Shown here piece after piece: positions 8,165 through 17,129 of a DNA stretch of 44,828 nt. The first letter of the stretch is position 1, and each line of letters begins with the position of its first letter. A program made the position numbers and the translations under genes. The notes beneath the pieces were generated by a model that worked only from the letters and a program-made list of their open reading frames with translations, ran no database searches and was not told where the DNA came from. Source of the DNA: Candidatus Azambacteria bacterium (GTDB lineage Bacteria > Patescibacteriota > Minisyncoccia > UBA10092); contig JAUSKX010000006.1 in assembly GCA_030646675.1 (NCBI GenBank), positions 1-44,828 on the forward strand, in the 5' to 3' direction.

Positions 8165-9550
8165 CTATTTGTTTGCGGTTTGCCTTTCTTTTTGTTTTTC
8201 CCACAAGTCGCGTATTAAAAAGTGGGTTGTCGCTTTTGCGTGAACACAAAATCGCTCATCAAGAGCATAGATAGTTCCCTTTGTTCGGTAGGCGTTGTAT
8301 GGACAACCTCCGCCGCAATTACCTAGAGCGACGCAACTTCTACATACCTTGTTGGCGAGCGGCGAGCGTTTTCTCCACTGTTTCCAGAACGGATGAGATT
8401 CCGGCTCGAATGTTTCAAGTGGTTCTGTGACGAAAAACTCTTTTCTGCCGCAGAAAGCCTGACAGACGCCAATTTTGCCATCCGGACTCACCACAATCTG
8501 AAGCCCGCAACCGCCGCAGTCACTCAGCACAGGCGTTTTGTCAAGAAAATTCTTGACCCGCCGCATCATGCGATCTTCGTAGATGCCGGCCGCTCGCGCC
8601 ATTTTGAAGCTCTCAATGAGTTTTTGAGCGACAATTTCTCCATATTGAGTCTTTTCACCGCTGACGATGGGATCGACTTCATTTTCAATGAGAATGTTAA
8701 ACCCCATTCCTTTAGCTCCCAGTTCATCTGCAAGCCACCGCACGATTTCTTTCATTCGGAAAAGATTATGCCGATCGATGGTTACGCAGATGCCAGTTTT
8801 AACTCCCATCTGTTGCGCGAGCCGATATGAGCGCATTACTTCGTCGAACGTTCCTTTTCCAGAAGAGTAGACACGCATTTGGTCATGGATTTCCTTTGGT
8901 CCATCGACAGAAATCGCGACCACTACTTCAGTTGCTTTGCACTGAGTGAGAATTTCTTTATCAAGGAGAATCCCGTTCGTGTTTACTGTAATCGGGAGTT
9001 TTCCGGGAAGAAGCTTCTTTGCTTTCAATCTATCAATGTACTGGAGCACTTCAAGAAGTACTTCTTTGTTGAGAGTCGGTTCTCCACCATAAATCACGAT
9101 GTGTTGCTCGGGGTGACCTTTCGTGATGCTCCTTTTTACACAATGGGTGAAAAGGTCCAGCGCCTTAATTGCGGTTTCTTTTTTCATCAGAGAAGATTGG
9201 TAACCGTGAGGCATAGGGGCCAAGAAGTAGCAGTATCGGCAACGGATGTTGCAGGCATCGGAAAGTAGCAGATAAAGGATGTTGATTGCTGGTTCATCAA
9301 GTGCCTTCTGATATTCCCGATATAATTCATAGCCGTCGGCTCGCTCCTTAATGAGGAGTCCGAGCCCTTCCAGTTGTTCGAGTATACGCTCTGAAGTGGC
9401 GTCAGAACTGATGAACACTTGCTCCTGTTGGTATTGCTTTATAAAATCCTTTTTCAAAAACGCGACTTCCAGATTTAGGCTGTTATAGAGAGCAATATAC
9501 TCGTCATCAACGGAGATTACGTGCAAGAACGGGCTTTGTTCAAACTTCAT
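8165..9550 (-). CDS. Radical SAM/SPASM peptide maturase
   Basis: CNIRCRYC, YGGEP, ISVDG, SPASM Cys set (CGGC...C...CRSC..GNCGGGCPY...C); SD AAAGGAG favours ATG at 9550 over 9649. Confidence 0.9.
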   Translation of the reverse strand: MKFEQSPFLHVISVDDEYIALYNSLNLEVAFLKKDFIKQYQQEQVFISSDATSERILEQLEGLGLLIKERADGYELYREYQKALDEPAINILYLLLSDACNIRCRYCYFLAPMPHGYQSSLMKKETAIKALDLFTHCVKRSITKGHPEQHIVIYGGEPTLNKEVLLEVLQYIDRLKAKKLLPGKLPITVNTNGILLDKEILTQCKATEVVVAISVDGPKEIHDQMRVYSSGKGTFDEVMRSYRLAQQMGVKTGICVTIDRHNLFRMKEIVRWLADELGAKGMGFNILIENEVDPIVSGEKTQYGEIVAQKLIESFKMARAAGIYEDRMMRRVKNFLDKTPVLSDCGGCGLQIVVSPDGKIGVCQAFCGRKEFFVTEPLETFEPESHPFWKQWRKRSPLANKVCRSCVALGNCGGGCPYNAYRTKGTIYALDERFCVHAKATTHFLIRDLWEKQKERQTANK

Positions 9551-9660
9551 GTGTCTCATCTCCTTTCGATTGTAAAAGTGCTTGATTTTGAGAAACTCGC
9601 TGGGAGTTTCTTTGGCGCCTAGGATAACATAGTTTACCAATTGGCGCAAGGATTTGGTAT

Positions 9661-9699
9661 TGGTGTGGGCGCTGGAAGAATCGGACTTCCACTCTTCTC
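9661..9699 (-). pseudogene. Orphan tRNA 3' half (T-arm + acceptor strand)
   Basis: Minus strand reads GAGAA GAGT GGAAG TCCGATT CTTCC AGCGCCC A; no 5' half (GGGCGCT) seen nearby. Confidence 0.65.
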
Positions 9700-9726
9700 A
9701 AACATTTTATCCAAAGTGATTATGTT

Positions 9727-10398
9727 CTAATTAAAATTATGACTCGACTCAAAAATTCCCTTGGCCCAACCTGAGATTTTTAAAAATAATTCCGTGCTGA
9801 GAACATAAGCATCAAAAGTTCCAAATGGTAAATTATCTTTTTTATTTTTGCTAGAGGGGTTCATTTTTCTGTATGTCTTAAAAAATTTATTAAGGGGAAT
9901 CCCGGATACCCCCGACCAGTATTCTTCTGCTTTTTTATAATCCAAATGTGGATGTATATGGATATAACCTCTAAATTTTTCTTCCGGTACATTACAAATT
10001 CTTCTAAAAAAGGTCATTATGATTCTTATCATTTCCGGGTCGCTATTAGAAAATCTTACCAATCCTCTTTGTGTTTTTCCTCCTTCAGCCCAATAAAGCA
10101 TAATTCCAATTAACCATAATTCTCTTTCAGACAGGTTTTTAATTTCTTTAGTGGCTGCATCTATAATAATTTGTCTTTTTGCACTCTCATTTCTAAGACG
10201 AGTTGTTCTTCTTTGTTCTATTATGCCTTTTTGAATGCCCTTTTGAGAAAGCTCTAATTTCTGCTCTGGCGTTAGCCTAATATTCCCAACCCACAAACTA
10301 ACAGAGCTTTTAGCAACGCCCAACTTTTTGTGAATTTCATTAAAAGAATGGCCAAGAGAACGTAATCGTCTGGCCTCTAATTTTTCTTTTAATCTCAT
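9727..10398 (-). CDS. HTH + LAGLIDADG-like protein (tRNA-adjacent family)
   Basis: N-terminal HTH (SFNEIHKKLGVAKSSVSLW); IGIMLYWAEG and FSNSDP resemble a LAGLIDADG helix and strand. Confidence 0.7.
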   Translation of the reverse strand: MRLKEKLEARRLRSLGHSFNEIHKKLGVAKSSVSLWVGNIRLTPEQKLELSQKGIQKGIIEQRRTTRLRNESAKRQIIIDAATKEIKNLSERELWLIGIMLYWAEGGKTQRGLVRFSNSDPEMIRIIMTFFRRICNVPEEKFRGYIHIHPHLDYKKAEEYWSGVSGIPLNKFFKTYRKMNPSSKNKKDNLPFGTFDAYVLSTELFLKISGWAKGIFESSHNFN

Positions 10399-10458
10399 AA
10401 TTGAACCTTTAAGTATATTACTACAATAAGCATACTCTAAAAGTTCAATTATTTCTAG

Positions 10459-10531
10459 TGGGTGGTATAGGATTCGAACCTATAACCCCTGCGATGTAAA
10501 CGCAGTGCTCTGGCCGTTGAGCTAACCACCC
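10459..10531 (-). tRNA. tRNA-Val(UAC)
   Basis: GGGTGGT acceptor, TTTACAT loop, TTCGAAT. Confidence 0.95.
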
Positions 10532-10543
10532 TAAAAGATAATC

Positions 10544-10927
10544 CTAGTTTAGCATGATATTTTTGATATGCTCAACTTGAGCATTTTTTGTTTCAAAATC
10601 TAATTTGAGCGCCAAAACATCTATCCGCCAATCTTGGCTTTCAGAGATTCTATGTTCCTTTAAATATGTTGCAACTATTTTTGATAATTGCCGTTTCTTG
10701 TGGAACCCAACATTTTCTTCCGGCCGCCATTCAAAATTTATATTTTGCGCTTTGACTTCAATAAAAATTAATTCTTGTATTTGACCAGTCGTCTCTCGCG
10801 CAACAATATCAATCTCTCCCCATGGCTTGCGGTAATTTCTTTCTACAATTTCATACCCGTGTTTTTCCAGATATTTTACCGCAATATCTTCTCCCAATTT
10901 ACCGGTATCTTGTTTTTTAGTTGTCAT
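10544..10927 (-). CDS. yraN: YraN family (UPF0102) endonuclease-like protein
   Basis: GKLGEDIA..YL, GEIDIVA, FIEVK, RIDV. Confidence 0.9.
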   Translation of the reverse strand: MTTKKQDTGKLGEDIAVKYLEKHGYEIVERNYRKPWGEIDIVARETTGQIQELIFIEVKAQNINFEWRPEENVGFHKKRQLSKIVATYLKEHRISESQDWRIDVLALKLDFETKNAQVEHIKNIMLN

Positions 10928-10928
10928 A

Positions 10929-11000
10929 TGCCCCCGAAGGGAATCGGACCCCTATCAACGCCTTAGAAGAGCGCTGCTTTATCCATTAAGCTACGGGGGC
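10929..11000 (-). tRNA. tRNA-Arg(UCU)
   Basis: GCCCCCG acceptor, CTTCTAA loop, T-loop TCCGATT. Confidence 0.93.
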
Positions 11001-11075
11001 TTAGATAAACAACAAAATTAAAATACCATAAAATTGGTTGAATTTCAATTAAAATTACAATATAATATGAGCGAA

Positions 11076-11101
11076 CCCGCCTTCGCCAAGGCTTCGGCGG
11101 G
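11076..11101. repeat. REP-like palindrome
   Basis: cccgccttcgccaaggcttcggcggg; related to 23333 and 37133. Confidence 0.75.
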
Positions 11102-11106
11102 CACAG

Positions 11107-11177
11107 CGGGGTGTCGTATACCGGTAGTACGCATGCTTTGGGAGCATGTAGACTGGGTTCAATTCCCAGCACCCCGA
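11107..11177 (+). tRNA. tRNA-Pro(UGG)
   Basis: CGGGGTG acceptor, TTTGGGA loop. Confidence 0.95.
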
Positions 11178-11198
11178 TAGGGTTGAAAAATTAATTAA

Positions 11199-11269
11199 GG
11201 GCCTATAGTAAAGTGGTATTACGCTACATTCGCATTGTAGAGGCGGCAGTCCGATTCTGCCTAGGTCCA
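11199..11269 (+). tRNA. tRNA-Ala(CGC)
   Basis: GGGCCTA/TAGGTCC acceptor with G3:U70, TTCGCAT loop, T-loop TCCGATT. Confidence 0.92.
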
Positions 11270-11276
11270 CAAAATT

Positions 11277-12191
11277 ATGCCAAAAAACATTAAAATTGCT
11301 AAAAATTACGAGACATACAGCGCGGATGGCCGAATACCTTTGGAAAAACTTTACAGGGCCTTTTTAAGCTTGCCGGAAAAGGATTGGGACAGGAAGGTTA
11401 TATATACAGAAATAGTAAAGTTGAGTAATGGTCAGAAAGTTGATGCCCCTATTCTTTCCTTTTCCACAAAAATAAAAGGACCGGCGCTTTGGCTTATTTC
11501 CGGAATACACGGGGAAGAGCCGGCAGGGCCGAATGCCCTGGCAAGGAGTTCGGCAATAAGAAATTACCGCATTCCGGTAGTTCTTTTACCGCTCTGTAAC
11601 CCAAAGGGATATCGGCAAAACTGGCGGTATTTAGATAAACGCCGTGGTGAGAGCGGTAAAAGCGTCGGCGATTCGGAACATCTACTCCTTAATTCGGTAA
11701 ATGTTACGGTAAATAAGCCCCGCAGAAAATTACCGAACTCCCTGCAGGCCGGCGCCTTAACAAAAGAAGTGTTGCGCCTTTCCAAAACCCACCCGCCATT
11801 GCTCACGATTGACTTTCACGAAGACGAATTGGTAAAAGGAGAACATTATATGTATTCTCAAGGAAAAGACGGCTTTGCGGACCCGGTAGTTAAGGAGATT
11901 GTTCGCATATTTCAGGAAAATGACCTTAAATTCATGAAAGACGGTAAAAGATGGTTTGGAAAAAATATTAAAGATGGGATTATCCACGGCGTTCATGACG
12001 GTTCGATTGACGAACTTCTTTCGGCGGAAAAAATTTTCTTAAACGGCAAAATCACCAAAAAACCGGCGGCAAAGTCCGTAATTGTCATTGAAACACCGAT
12101 AAAAAATTCGCCGATTGAAAAACGCGTTAAAACTATGGAATTGGTTATTAAATCGTTAAAAGATTTTTGGAAAATAAGGAGTTGTAATTAG
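11277..12191 (+). CDS. M14-like zinc carboxypeptidase / succinylglutamate desuccinylase-aspartoacylase family protein
   Basis: SGIHGEEPAG, NPKG...R, IDFHE, IETP. Confidence 0.8.
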   Translation: MPKNIKIAKNYETYSADGRIPLEKLYRAFLSLPEKDWDRKVIYTEIVKLSNGQKVDAPILSFSTKIKGPALWLISGIHGEEPAGPNALARSSAIRNYRIPVVLLPLCNPKGYRQNWRYLDKRRGESGKSVGDSEHLLLNSVNVTVNKPRRKLPNSLQAGALTKEVLRLSKTHPPLLTIDFHEDELVKGEHYMYSQGKDGFADPVVKEIVRIFQENDLKFMKDGKRWFGKNIKDGIIHGVHDGSIDELLSAEKIFLNGKITKKPAAKSVIVIETPIKNSPIEKRVKTMELVIKSLKDFWKIRSCN

Positions 12192-12255
12192 AAAAACTTT
12201 TGTGATATAGTACCCATATAAAGGTCATTATTAATCATTAATAAAATTTATTGCC

Positions 12256-12501
12256 ATGAAAAAAATAGGAAAAGTTACCCATTATTACGGCAATATCGGA
12301 GTTGCCATTATTGAGCTCTCCGCAAAATTGTCGGCGGGCGACAAAGTTAAATTCAGCGATGGGAAAAGCGAGTTTGAACAGACGATTGAATCGATGCAGA
12401 TTGAGCACAAAGATATCCCATCGGCGAAAAAAGGCGATATGATTGGCGTCAAGGTTGACGAAAAAGTCAGCGAAGGCGCGGAAGTTTCTTTGGTAGACTA
12501 A
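12256..12501 (+). CDS. Small beta-barrel protein (U32 C-terminal / EF-Tu domain II-like)
   Basis: IGKVTHYY, QTIESMQIEH, AKKGDMIG. Confidence 0.75.
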   Translation: MKKIGKVTHYYGNIGVAIIELSAKLSAGDKVKFSDGKSEFEQTIESMQIEHKDIPSAKKGDMIGVKVDEKVSEGAEVSLVD

Positions 12502-12550
12502 TGAATTCGCGCAAATATTATATGGCGCGTTAAGAGCGCGGTTTTTGTGC

Positions 12551-12623
12551 GGTGCCCATAGTGTAGCGGTTAACACTAGAGTTTGTGGAACTCTCATCAC
12601 GGGTTCGAATCCCGTTGGGCACC
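12551..12623 (+). tRNA. tRNA-His(GUG)
   Basis: Encoded G-1, GTGCCCA acceptor, TTGTGGA loop, C73. Confidence 0.95.
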
Positions 12624-12697
12624 CATTTGACGAAATCAATTAATTTATGTATACCATGCACGTAGTCAGAGCATGGAAATTTAGGTGATTTTTGTTG

Positions 12698-12743
12698 GAT
12701 CTTTAACAATTTAGCCCAAAAATGCCTGAAAGGAGGGCGAAGA
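12698..12743 (+). promoter_or_regulatory. boxA-like + SD leader (copy 2)
   Basis: gatctttaacaattta, 9 nt, then tgcctgaaaggagggcgaaga. Confidence 0.6.
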
Positions 12744-12744
12744 G

Positions 12745-14133
12745 ATGAAAATTAATCGAAAGATTCCATTAATTAAATCGCAATTTGTTCAAGTAATCAA
12801 AAATAATAGTAAAACCATAATCTGGCACTCGCTTTTTGGGAATCCCAAAATCGTTTCAAAAGATACTATAGCGTTGCTCAATATTTTTTCTAATTCGCGC
12901 TCTCTATCTTCTGTCCTGGGCGAATATAATATTGGAGAAAATGGCATAGAAGTCATTCAAGACTTAATTGCAAGCCACTATTTAATTCCCAAAAATTTTG
13001 ACGAGAGAAAATTTCTCGCTAAACGCATGCAAGAGCGCGAAGAGTCTATTACCAGTGGATCGCTCATTGATTATCTTGAGCTTATCATGTCTGAAGCATG
13101 TAATTTTCGTTGCATATATTGTATTCACTTCAACAATCTTGGAATAACTGACCGGATAAAAAATCCGAAGAAATTCATGACCTTTAAAATTGCGAAAGAA
13201 GCGGTAGATCAGTATCTAAAGATTTTACAACGACATGGGAAAAATGTGGCAAGTATAAACTTCGGCGGAGGCGAGCCCCTTCTCGTGTGGTCGGTAATAG
13301 AGCAAGTGATTAAATACTGTATTTCCCACTATAGTCATGATTTCGTATTTCGATTCTCAATCAACACGAACGCTTCTTTGATTACGGCTGATATTGCCAG
13401 AAAACTCAAAGAATATCGTGTGGAAATTGCGTCGAGTCTTGATGGTCTTCGTGATGGAAACAATCAAGTTCGGCTTACGAAATCCGGTGGCGGAACCTTT
13501 AGGGCCATAATGCGAGGATTTGATAATCTTGCGGAACAAGGTCACCCACTGAAAGGCATTGCCATTACAGTAAATGAAAAAAACTTCCCGTTTCTTGACG
13601 AGAAAATCATTAACTGGGCTTCTAATCGACAGATGCAAGAAGTTCGAATTGATATTGATGTTATTGGCATGGTTGAAATACCAGTCGATGATATTGTCGA
13701 GAAATTAATGAGAATACGGCAATACGCTAAAAGTCGCGAAATTGAGGTCGCCGGTTTTTGGTCCCGGCCGGCTGAAAATCTTAATGATTTGACACTGAAT
13801 ACGCATATAGCATTCTGCGGAGCGGTTCGCGGCAATAGTATATGTGTAAATCCTTCCGGTGATATATACGGATGCGGTTACAGCACTAAACAGCTTGGAA
13901 CGCTTCATCAAATTGAATCATTCTATGTTCCTGGGAGCCGATACCATCTTTTTGTGAAAGACCATCTGACTGGAGCAATTGAAATGTGTAAAGGATGTAT
14001 AATTGAAGGACAATGCGGCGGAGGATGTAATATTACACAAGAATTCGCTCGCGCAACCAAGACTGTAAAAATCAAACGAATGTGCGCTTTTTATCGTAAA
14101 ATGACGCGAAAACTTCTTCTCGAACAAATTTAA
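12745..14133 (+). CDS. Radical SAM/SPASM peptide maturase
   Basis: CNFRCIYC, FGGGEP, SSLDG, SPASM (CGA...C...CKGC...QCGGGC...C); about 110-aa N-terminal extension. Confidence 0.9.
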   Translation: MKINRKIPLIKSQFVQVIKNNSKTIIWHSLFGNPKIVSKDTIALLNIFSNSRSLSSVLGEYNIGENGIEVIQDLIASHYLIPKNFDERKFLAKRMQEREESITSGSLIDYLELIMSEACNFRCIYCIHFNNLGITDRIKNPKKFMTFKIAKEAVDQYLKILQRHGKNVASINFGGGEPLLVWSVIEQVIKYCISHYSHDFVFRFSINTNASLITADIARKLKEYRVEIASSLDGLRDGNNQVRLTKSGGGTFRAIMRGFDNLAEQGHPLKGIAITVNEKNFPFLDEKIINWASNRQMQEVRIDIDVIGMVEIPVDDIVEKLMRIRQYAKSREIEVAGFWSRPAENLNDLTLNTHIAFCGAVRGNSICVNPSGDIYGCGYSTKQLGTLHQIESFYVPGSRYHLFVKDHLTGAIEMCKGCIIEGQCGGGCNITQEFARATKTVKIKRMCAFYRKMTRKLLLEQI

Positions 14134-14151
14134 AGAAAGGAGGTAATGGCT

Positions 14152-14253
14152 ATGAAAAAGACGCGGTCTAGCAAGCAGCTGAATCTGGCAATAAAGCCCC
14201 TTCCCAAGCGGAAAGTGCTCAATACTTGCCAGGCGCCCAGCAACTGCCACTAA
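14152..14253 (+). CDS. Putative RiPP precursor, 33 aa
   Basis: SD AAGGAGGT at 14137-14144; MKKTRSSKQLNLAIKPLPKRKVLNTCQAPSNCH*; directly after the rSAM gene and before a terminator. Confidence 0.75.
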   Translation: MKKTRSSKQLNLAIKPLPKRKVLNTCQAPSNCH

Positions 14254-14265
14254 CATGGTGGCTTT

Positions 14266-14312
14266 ACAGGGCTAAGGGAAAATGTTATAATTCCTTTAGC
14301 CCTGTTTTATTT
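14266..14312 (+). terminator. Intrinsic terminator after the peptide gene
   Basis: acagggctaagggaa...ttcctttagccctgt followed by a T tract. Confidence 0.75.
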
Positions 14313-15029
14313 ATGAATAAATTTGTTCAAAAAATCTGCAGTAGTATAGTAGAACAATATAAACAAGACAAAAATGTCTTGGGGGTTATGTTGTTCGGGT
14401 CTGCGGCAAGAAATAAATTTGATCAATATTCCGACATAGATATTTATATTTTACTGAATAAAAAGGGCAAATTTTCAAGGATTAATTTTATAAAAAATGG
14501 AATACGCGTTGATATCATTTTGAATACAATAGCGGAGGCAAAGGAGTATCTCAAAAAAGATAAAAATGCATTGAAAAGAATAACCTCGCACATGATAGCT
14601 TGTGGCGTAATTCTTTTTCAGAGAAGAAAAGTTTTAAAGAAAATTCAATCTGTTGCAAAGAATAATTTGCAATTAAAAACTAAATATAAGAGTAGTGAAG
14701 TTTTGATGCACAAATATTCCATAGATGATTTTTGGGGGGAAGTTCAACGAGATGCACAAAATGAAGATTATTTAGCTTTTAATTTAGATAGTCATTTATT
14801 AGTGAATAATATTATAGAATTATTCCTTAAGTTGAATGGAAAATTCTTAAAACAACCAAATGAAATGTTTGGACTACTCAATAAGCTGGATAGTAATTTC
14901 TGTAGTATTCTAAAAAATTTTTATATAGCAAATAGCATTGATCAGAAAAAAGATATATTAGAAAAACTTGTAAATTATATTTACAAAAAATCGGGCGGCT
15001 CATTGCCTCAACGATGGAAAGTTCTTTAA
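14313..15029 (+). CDS. Pol-beta-like nucleotidyltransferase with a helical C-terminal domain
   Basis: LFGSAAR...YSDID, RVD; ATG at 14313 follows the terminator. Confidence 0.8.
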   Translation: MNKFVQKICSSIVEQYKQDKNVLGVMLFGSAARNKFDQYSDIDIYILLNKKGKFSRINFIKNGIRVDIILNTIAEAKEYLKKDKNALKRITSHMIACGVILFQRRKVLKKIQSVAKNNLQLKTKYKSSEVLMHKYSIDDFWGEVQRDAQNEDYLAFNLDSHLLVNNIIELFLKLNGKFLKQPNEMFGLLNKLDSNFCSILKNFYIANSIDQKKDILEKLVNYIYKKSGGSLPQRWKVL

Positions 15030-15057
15030 TATTCCGAACAAAAGGAGGTGAAGACCA

Positions 15058-15666
15058 ATGTTTGTATATGTGGGTGGCGTATCTGGAGTCGGTAAATCAA
15101 AAATTGTAACGGAGGCAGAAAAGTTAGCGCGAAAACGTGGAATTAAAATGGAATTAATTAATGGAGCAACTATTCTTTGCGGATTGACCGGTGCGACAAA
15201 TATAAGCGAATTACAAACATTGTCTGAAAATGCAAGATTAGATCTTCACGCGAAAATGAATCAAAGATTATATGAGATAGACCGTCAAGATCCGAAAACG
15301 ATTCGGGTGGCCGATGGATATTTCATGTATTTTGATGTCCCAAAAGTATCAGAATGTGGCATTAGAGAGCTCCAGCCATGGAATAAAAATCAAATTTTAG
15401 GGATAACGATACTGATTGCTGAACCACACATCATTTTACGGCGTCGCATTCAAGATATCGGAAAGCGTCCAGATAGAAAATGCGATTTGAGGTTATTAAT
15501 TCAAGAACAGTATACGGAAATTAAAGATATTTTATTGCAAGCCGCTAAGATTAATATGCGTCCTTATTTTATAAGAAATGAGGTAACAGAGGGCTCATTA
15601 GCTGCAGAGGCGCTTCTTTCATTTTGTACGCTCCAAGCATTTTGTGGAAAAATATCACGACATTGA
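15058..15666 (+). CDS. P-loop nucleotide kinase (archaeal-type adenylate kinase-like)
   Basis: N-terminal GGVSGVGKS, ILRRR..D...R..R lid; strong SD. Confidence 0.7.
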   Translation: MFVYVGGVSGVGKSKIVTEAEKLARKRGIKMELINGATILCGLTGATNISELQTLSENARLDLHAKMNQRLYEIDRQDPKTIRVADGYFMYFDVPKVSECGIRELQPWNKNQILGITILIAEPHIILRRRIQDIGKRPDRKCDLRLLIQEQYTEIKDILLQAAKINMRPYFIRNEVTEGSLAAEALLSFCTLQAFCGKISRH

Positions 15667-15757
15667 TTTCACTTAAGTCTGCGATTTATTTAACATTGTA
15701 AATCGTGGGCTTTTTTTATATTATTAACCAGATGATTATTTATCTAGGAGGATAACA

Positions 15758-17044
15758 ATGAAATATCAAGTACCAAAAGGAACAAGGGATTTTCTCCCGG
15801 AAGAGATGGGATTAAGACGAGGCGTTATCAATACGCTGGTTTCAACGTACGGTATTTATGGTTTTCAAGAATGGGACGGCCCAGCTTTTGAATATCTCGA
15901 TACTTTGGTTGGCAAAAGCGGTGAGTCCATAGCGAATGAGATTTATACTTTTAAGGACAAAGGCGGTCGAAATTTGGGATTGCGTTTTGAATTGACGACT
16001 TCGCTGGCTCGTATAATCGCTGGCAATCCCCAAATTAAAAAACCTTTGCGTTTGTTCAATATTGGGAAAGTTTGGCGGTATGAGCAACCACAGGCTGGGC
16101 GTTTCAGAGAATTTCTGCAAGCGGATACGGATATTTTCGGTTCAGCAAGCATGCTTTGTGAAGTTGAATTGCTTACTATGGCGGCGGCGGCTTTAAAAAA
16201 GCTCAAAGTTGCCGATAGCGTTATCTTGCTTAATAATCGCAAAATACTTGAAGCCCAGCTAAAAAGTGTGGGCATTGAGGACGATTTCAAAGCCGGGGCG
16301 CTTCGGTCACTTGATAAATTGGCGAAAGTTGGGATTGAGGGAGTGAGGCGTGAATTTGAATCTCAAAATATCCCAAAAGAACAGTTCGAAGAACTGATGA
16401 AGCAGATTAATATCAATGGTGACAATCAATTCAAGCTTGATCAAGTTAGTCAATTTCTGGCCAATGATAAAGTTGGGGTTGAAGGCATCGAGGAGTTGCG
16501 TCAAATTATCAGCCTTCTTGCTGAAAACGGTTTGGATACGCCTATTCAAATTGATTTCAGCCTGGTGCGCGGCCTTGACTACTACACGGGGCCGATTTAT
16601 GAAATTAGGTCTATCGATCAAAAAGAATTAGGCAGTTTTGCGGGCGGTGGCCGATATGACCAATTAATACAGACATTAGGCGGTCAAGCGACATCGGCAG
16701 CGGGGATTTCTTTTGGGATTGAAAGGTTGATTGAGATAATCAAAAAACGAGAGGGATATTCCGATATTATATCTCCTGTGGAGGTTTTTATCGGTTATCC
16801 GAATCAAAGTGCATTGCCGATTGCGCTTAATGCCGCGAAAATGTTCAGAGAAGCTGGTATCACAACCGAAATTGATTTAACCGGACGCAATTTAGGAAAA
16901 CAGCTTGCCTATGCCAGCGCGATTAACGCCAAATATAGTTTCATTGTTTTTTCTGCCGAGGAGCAAAAACTCAAAGAAATGGCGACGCAAAAAGAAGAAA
17001 CAATGAGCGTGTCGTCAGCGATTTCCAGAATTACTTCCAAGTAA
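15758..17044 (+). CDS. hisS: Histidine--tRNA ligase
   Basis: PKGTRD, LRFELT, WRYEQPQAGRFREF.Q, LVRGLDYYTG, GGGRYD, GIERL. Confidence 0.95.
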   Translation: MKYQVPKGTRDFLPEEMGLRRGVINTLVSTYGIYGFQEWDGPAFEYLDTLVGKSGESIANEIYTFKDKGGRNLGLRFELTTSLARIIAGNPQIKKPLRLFNIGKVWRYEQPQAGRFREFLQADTDIFGSASMLCEVELLTMAAAALKKLKVADSVILLNNRKILEAQLKSVGIEDDFKAGALRSLDKLAKVGIEGVRREFESQNIPKEQFEELMKQININGDNQFKLDQVSQFLANDKVGVEGIEELRQIISLLAENGLDTPIQIDFSLVRGLDYYTGPIYEIRSIDQKELGSFAGGGRYDQLIQTLGGQATSAAGISFGIERLIEIIKKREGYSDIISPVEVFIGYPNQSALPIALNAAKMFREAGITTEIDLTGRNLGKQLAYASAINAKYSFIVFSAEEQKLKEMATQKEETMSVSSAISRITSK

Positions 17045-17079
17045 CGCATAGTGCTAGCAATTGCCACTAGAGTGGCTTC

Positions 17080-17129
17080 ACGGGGTTGAGAAAAGGTTAT
17101 ATACTATTCTCAACCCCGTTTTATTTTTT
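17080..17129 (+). terminator. Intrinsic terminator after hisS
   Basis: acggggttgagaa...ttctcaaccccgt followed by a T tract. Confidence 0.75.

Noticed and set aside
9666..10531. Single intron-containing tRNA spanning the LAGLIDADG-like ORF
   Set aside because: The upstream tRNA-Val is complete, its acceptor 5' strand (GGGTGGT) does not fully match the fragment (AGCGCCC), and I see no group I intron core.
14226..14312. N-terminal extension of the nucleotidyltransferase in the ORF track
   Set aside because: Overlaps the peptide gene and terminator; ATG at 14313 is more plausible.
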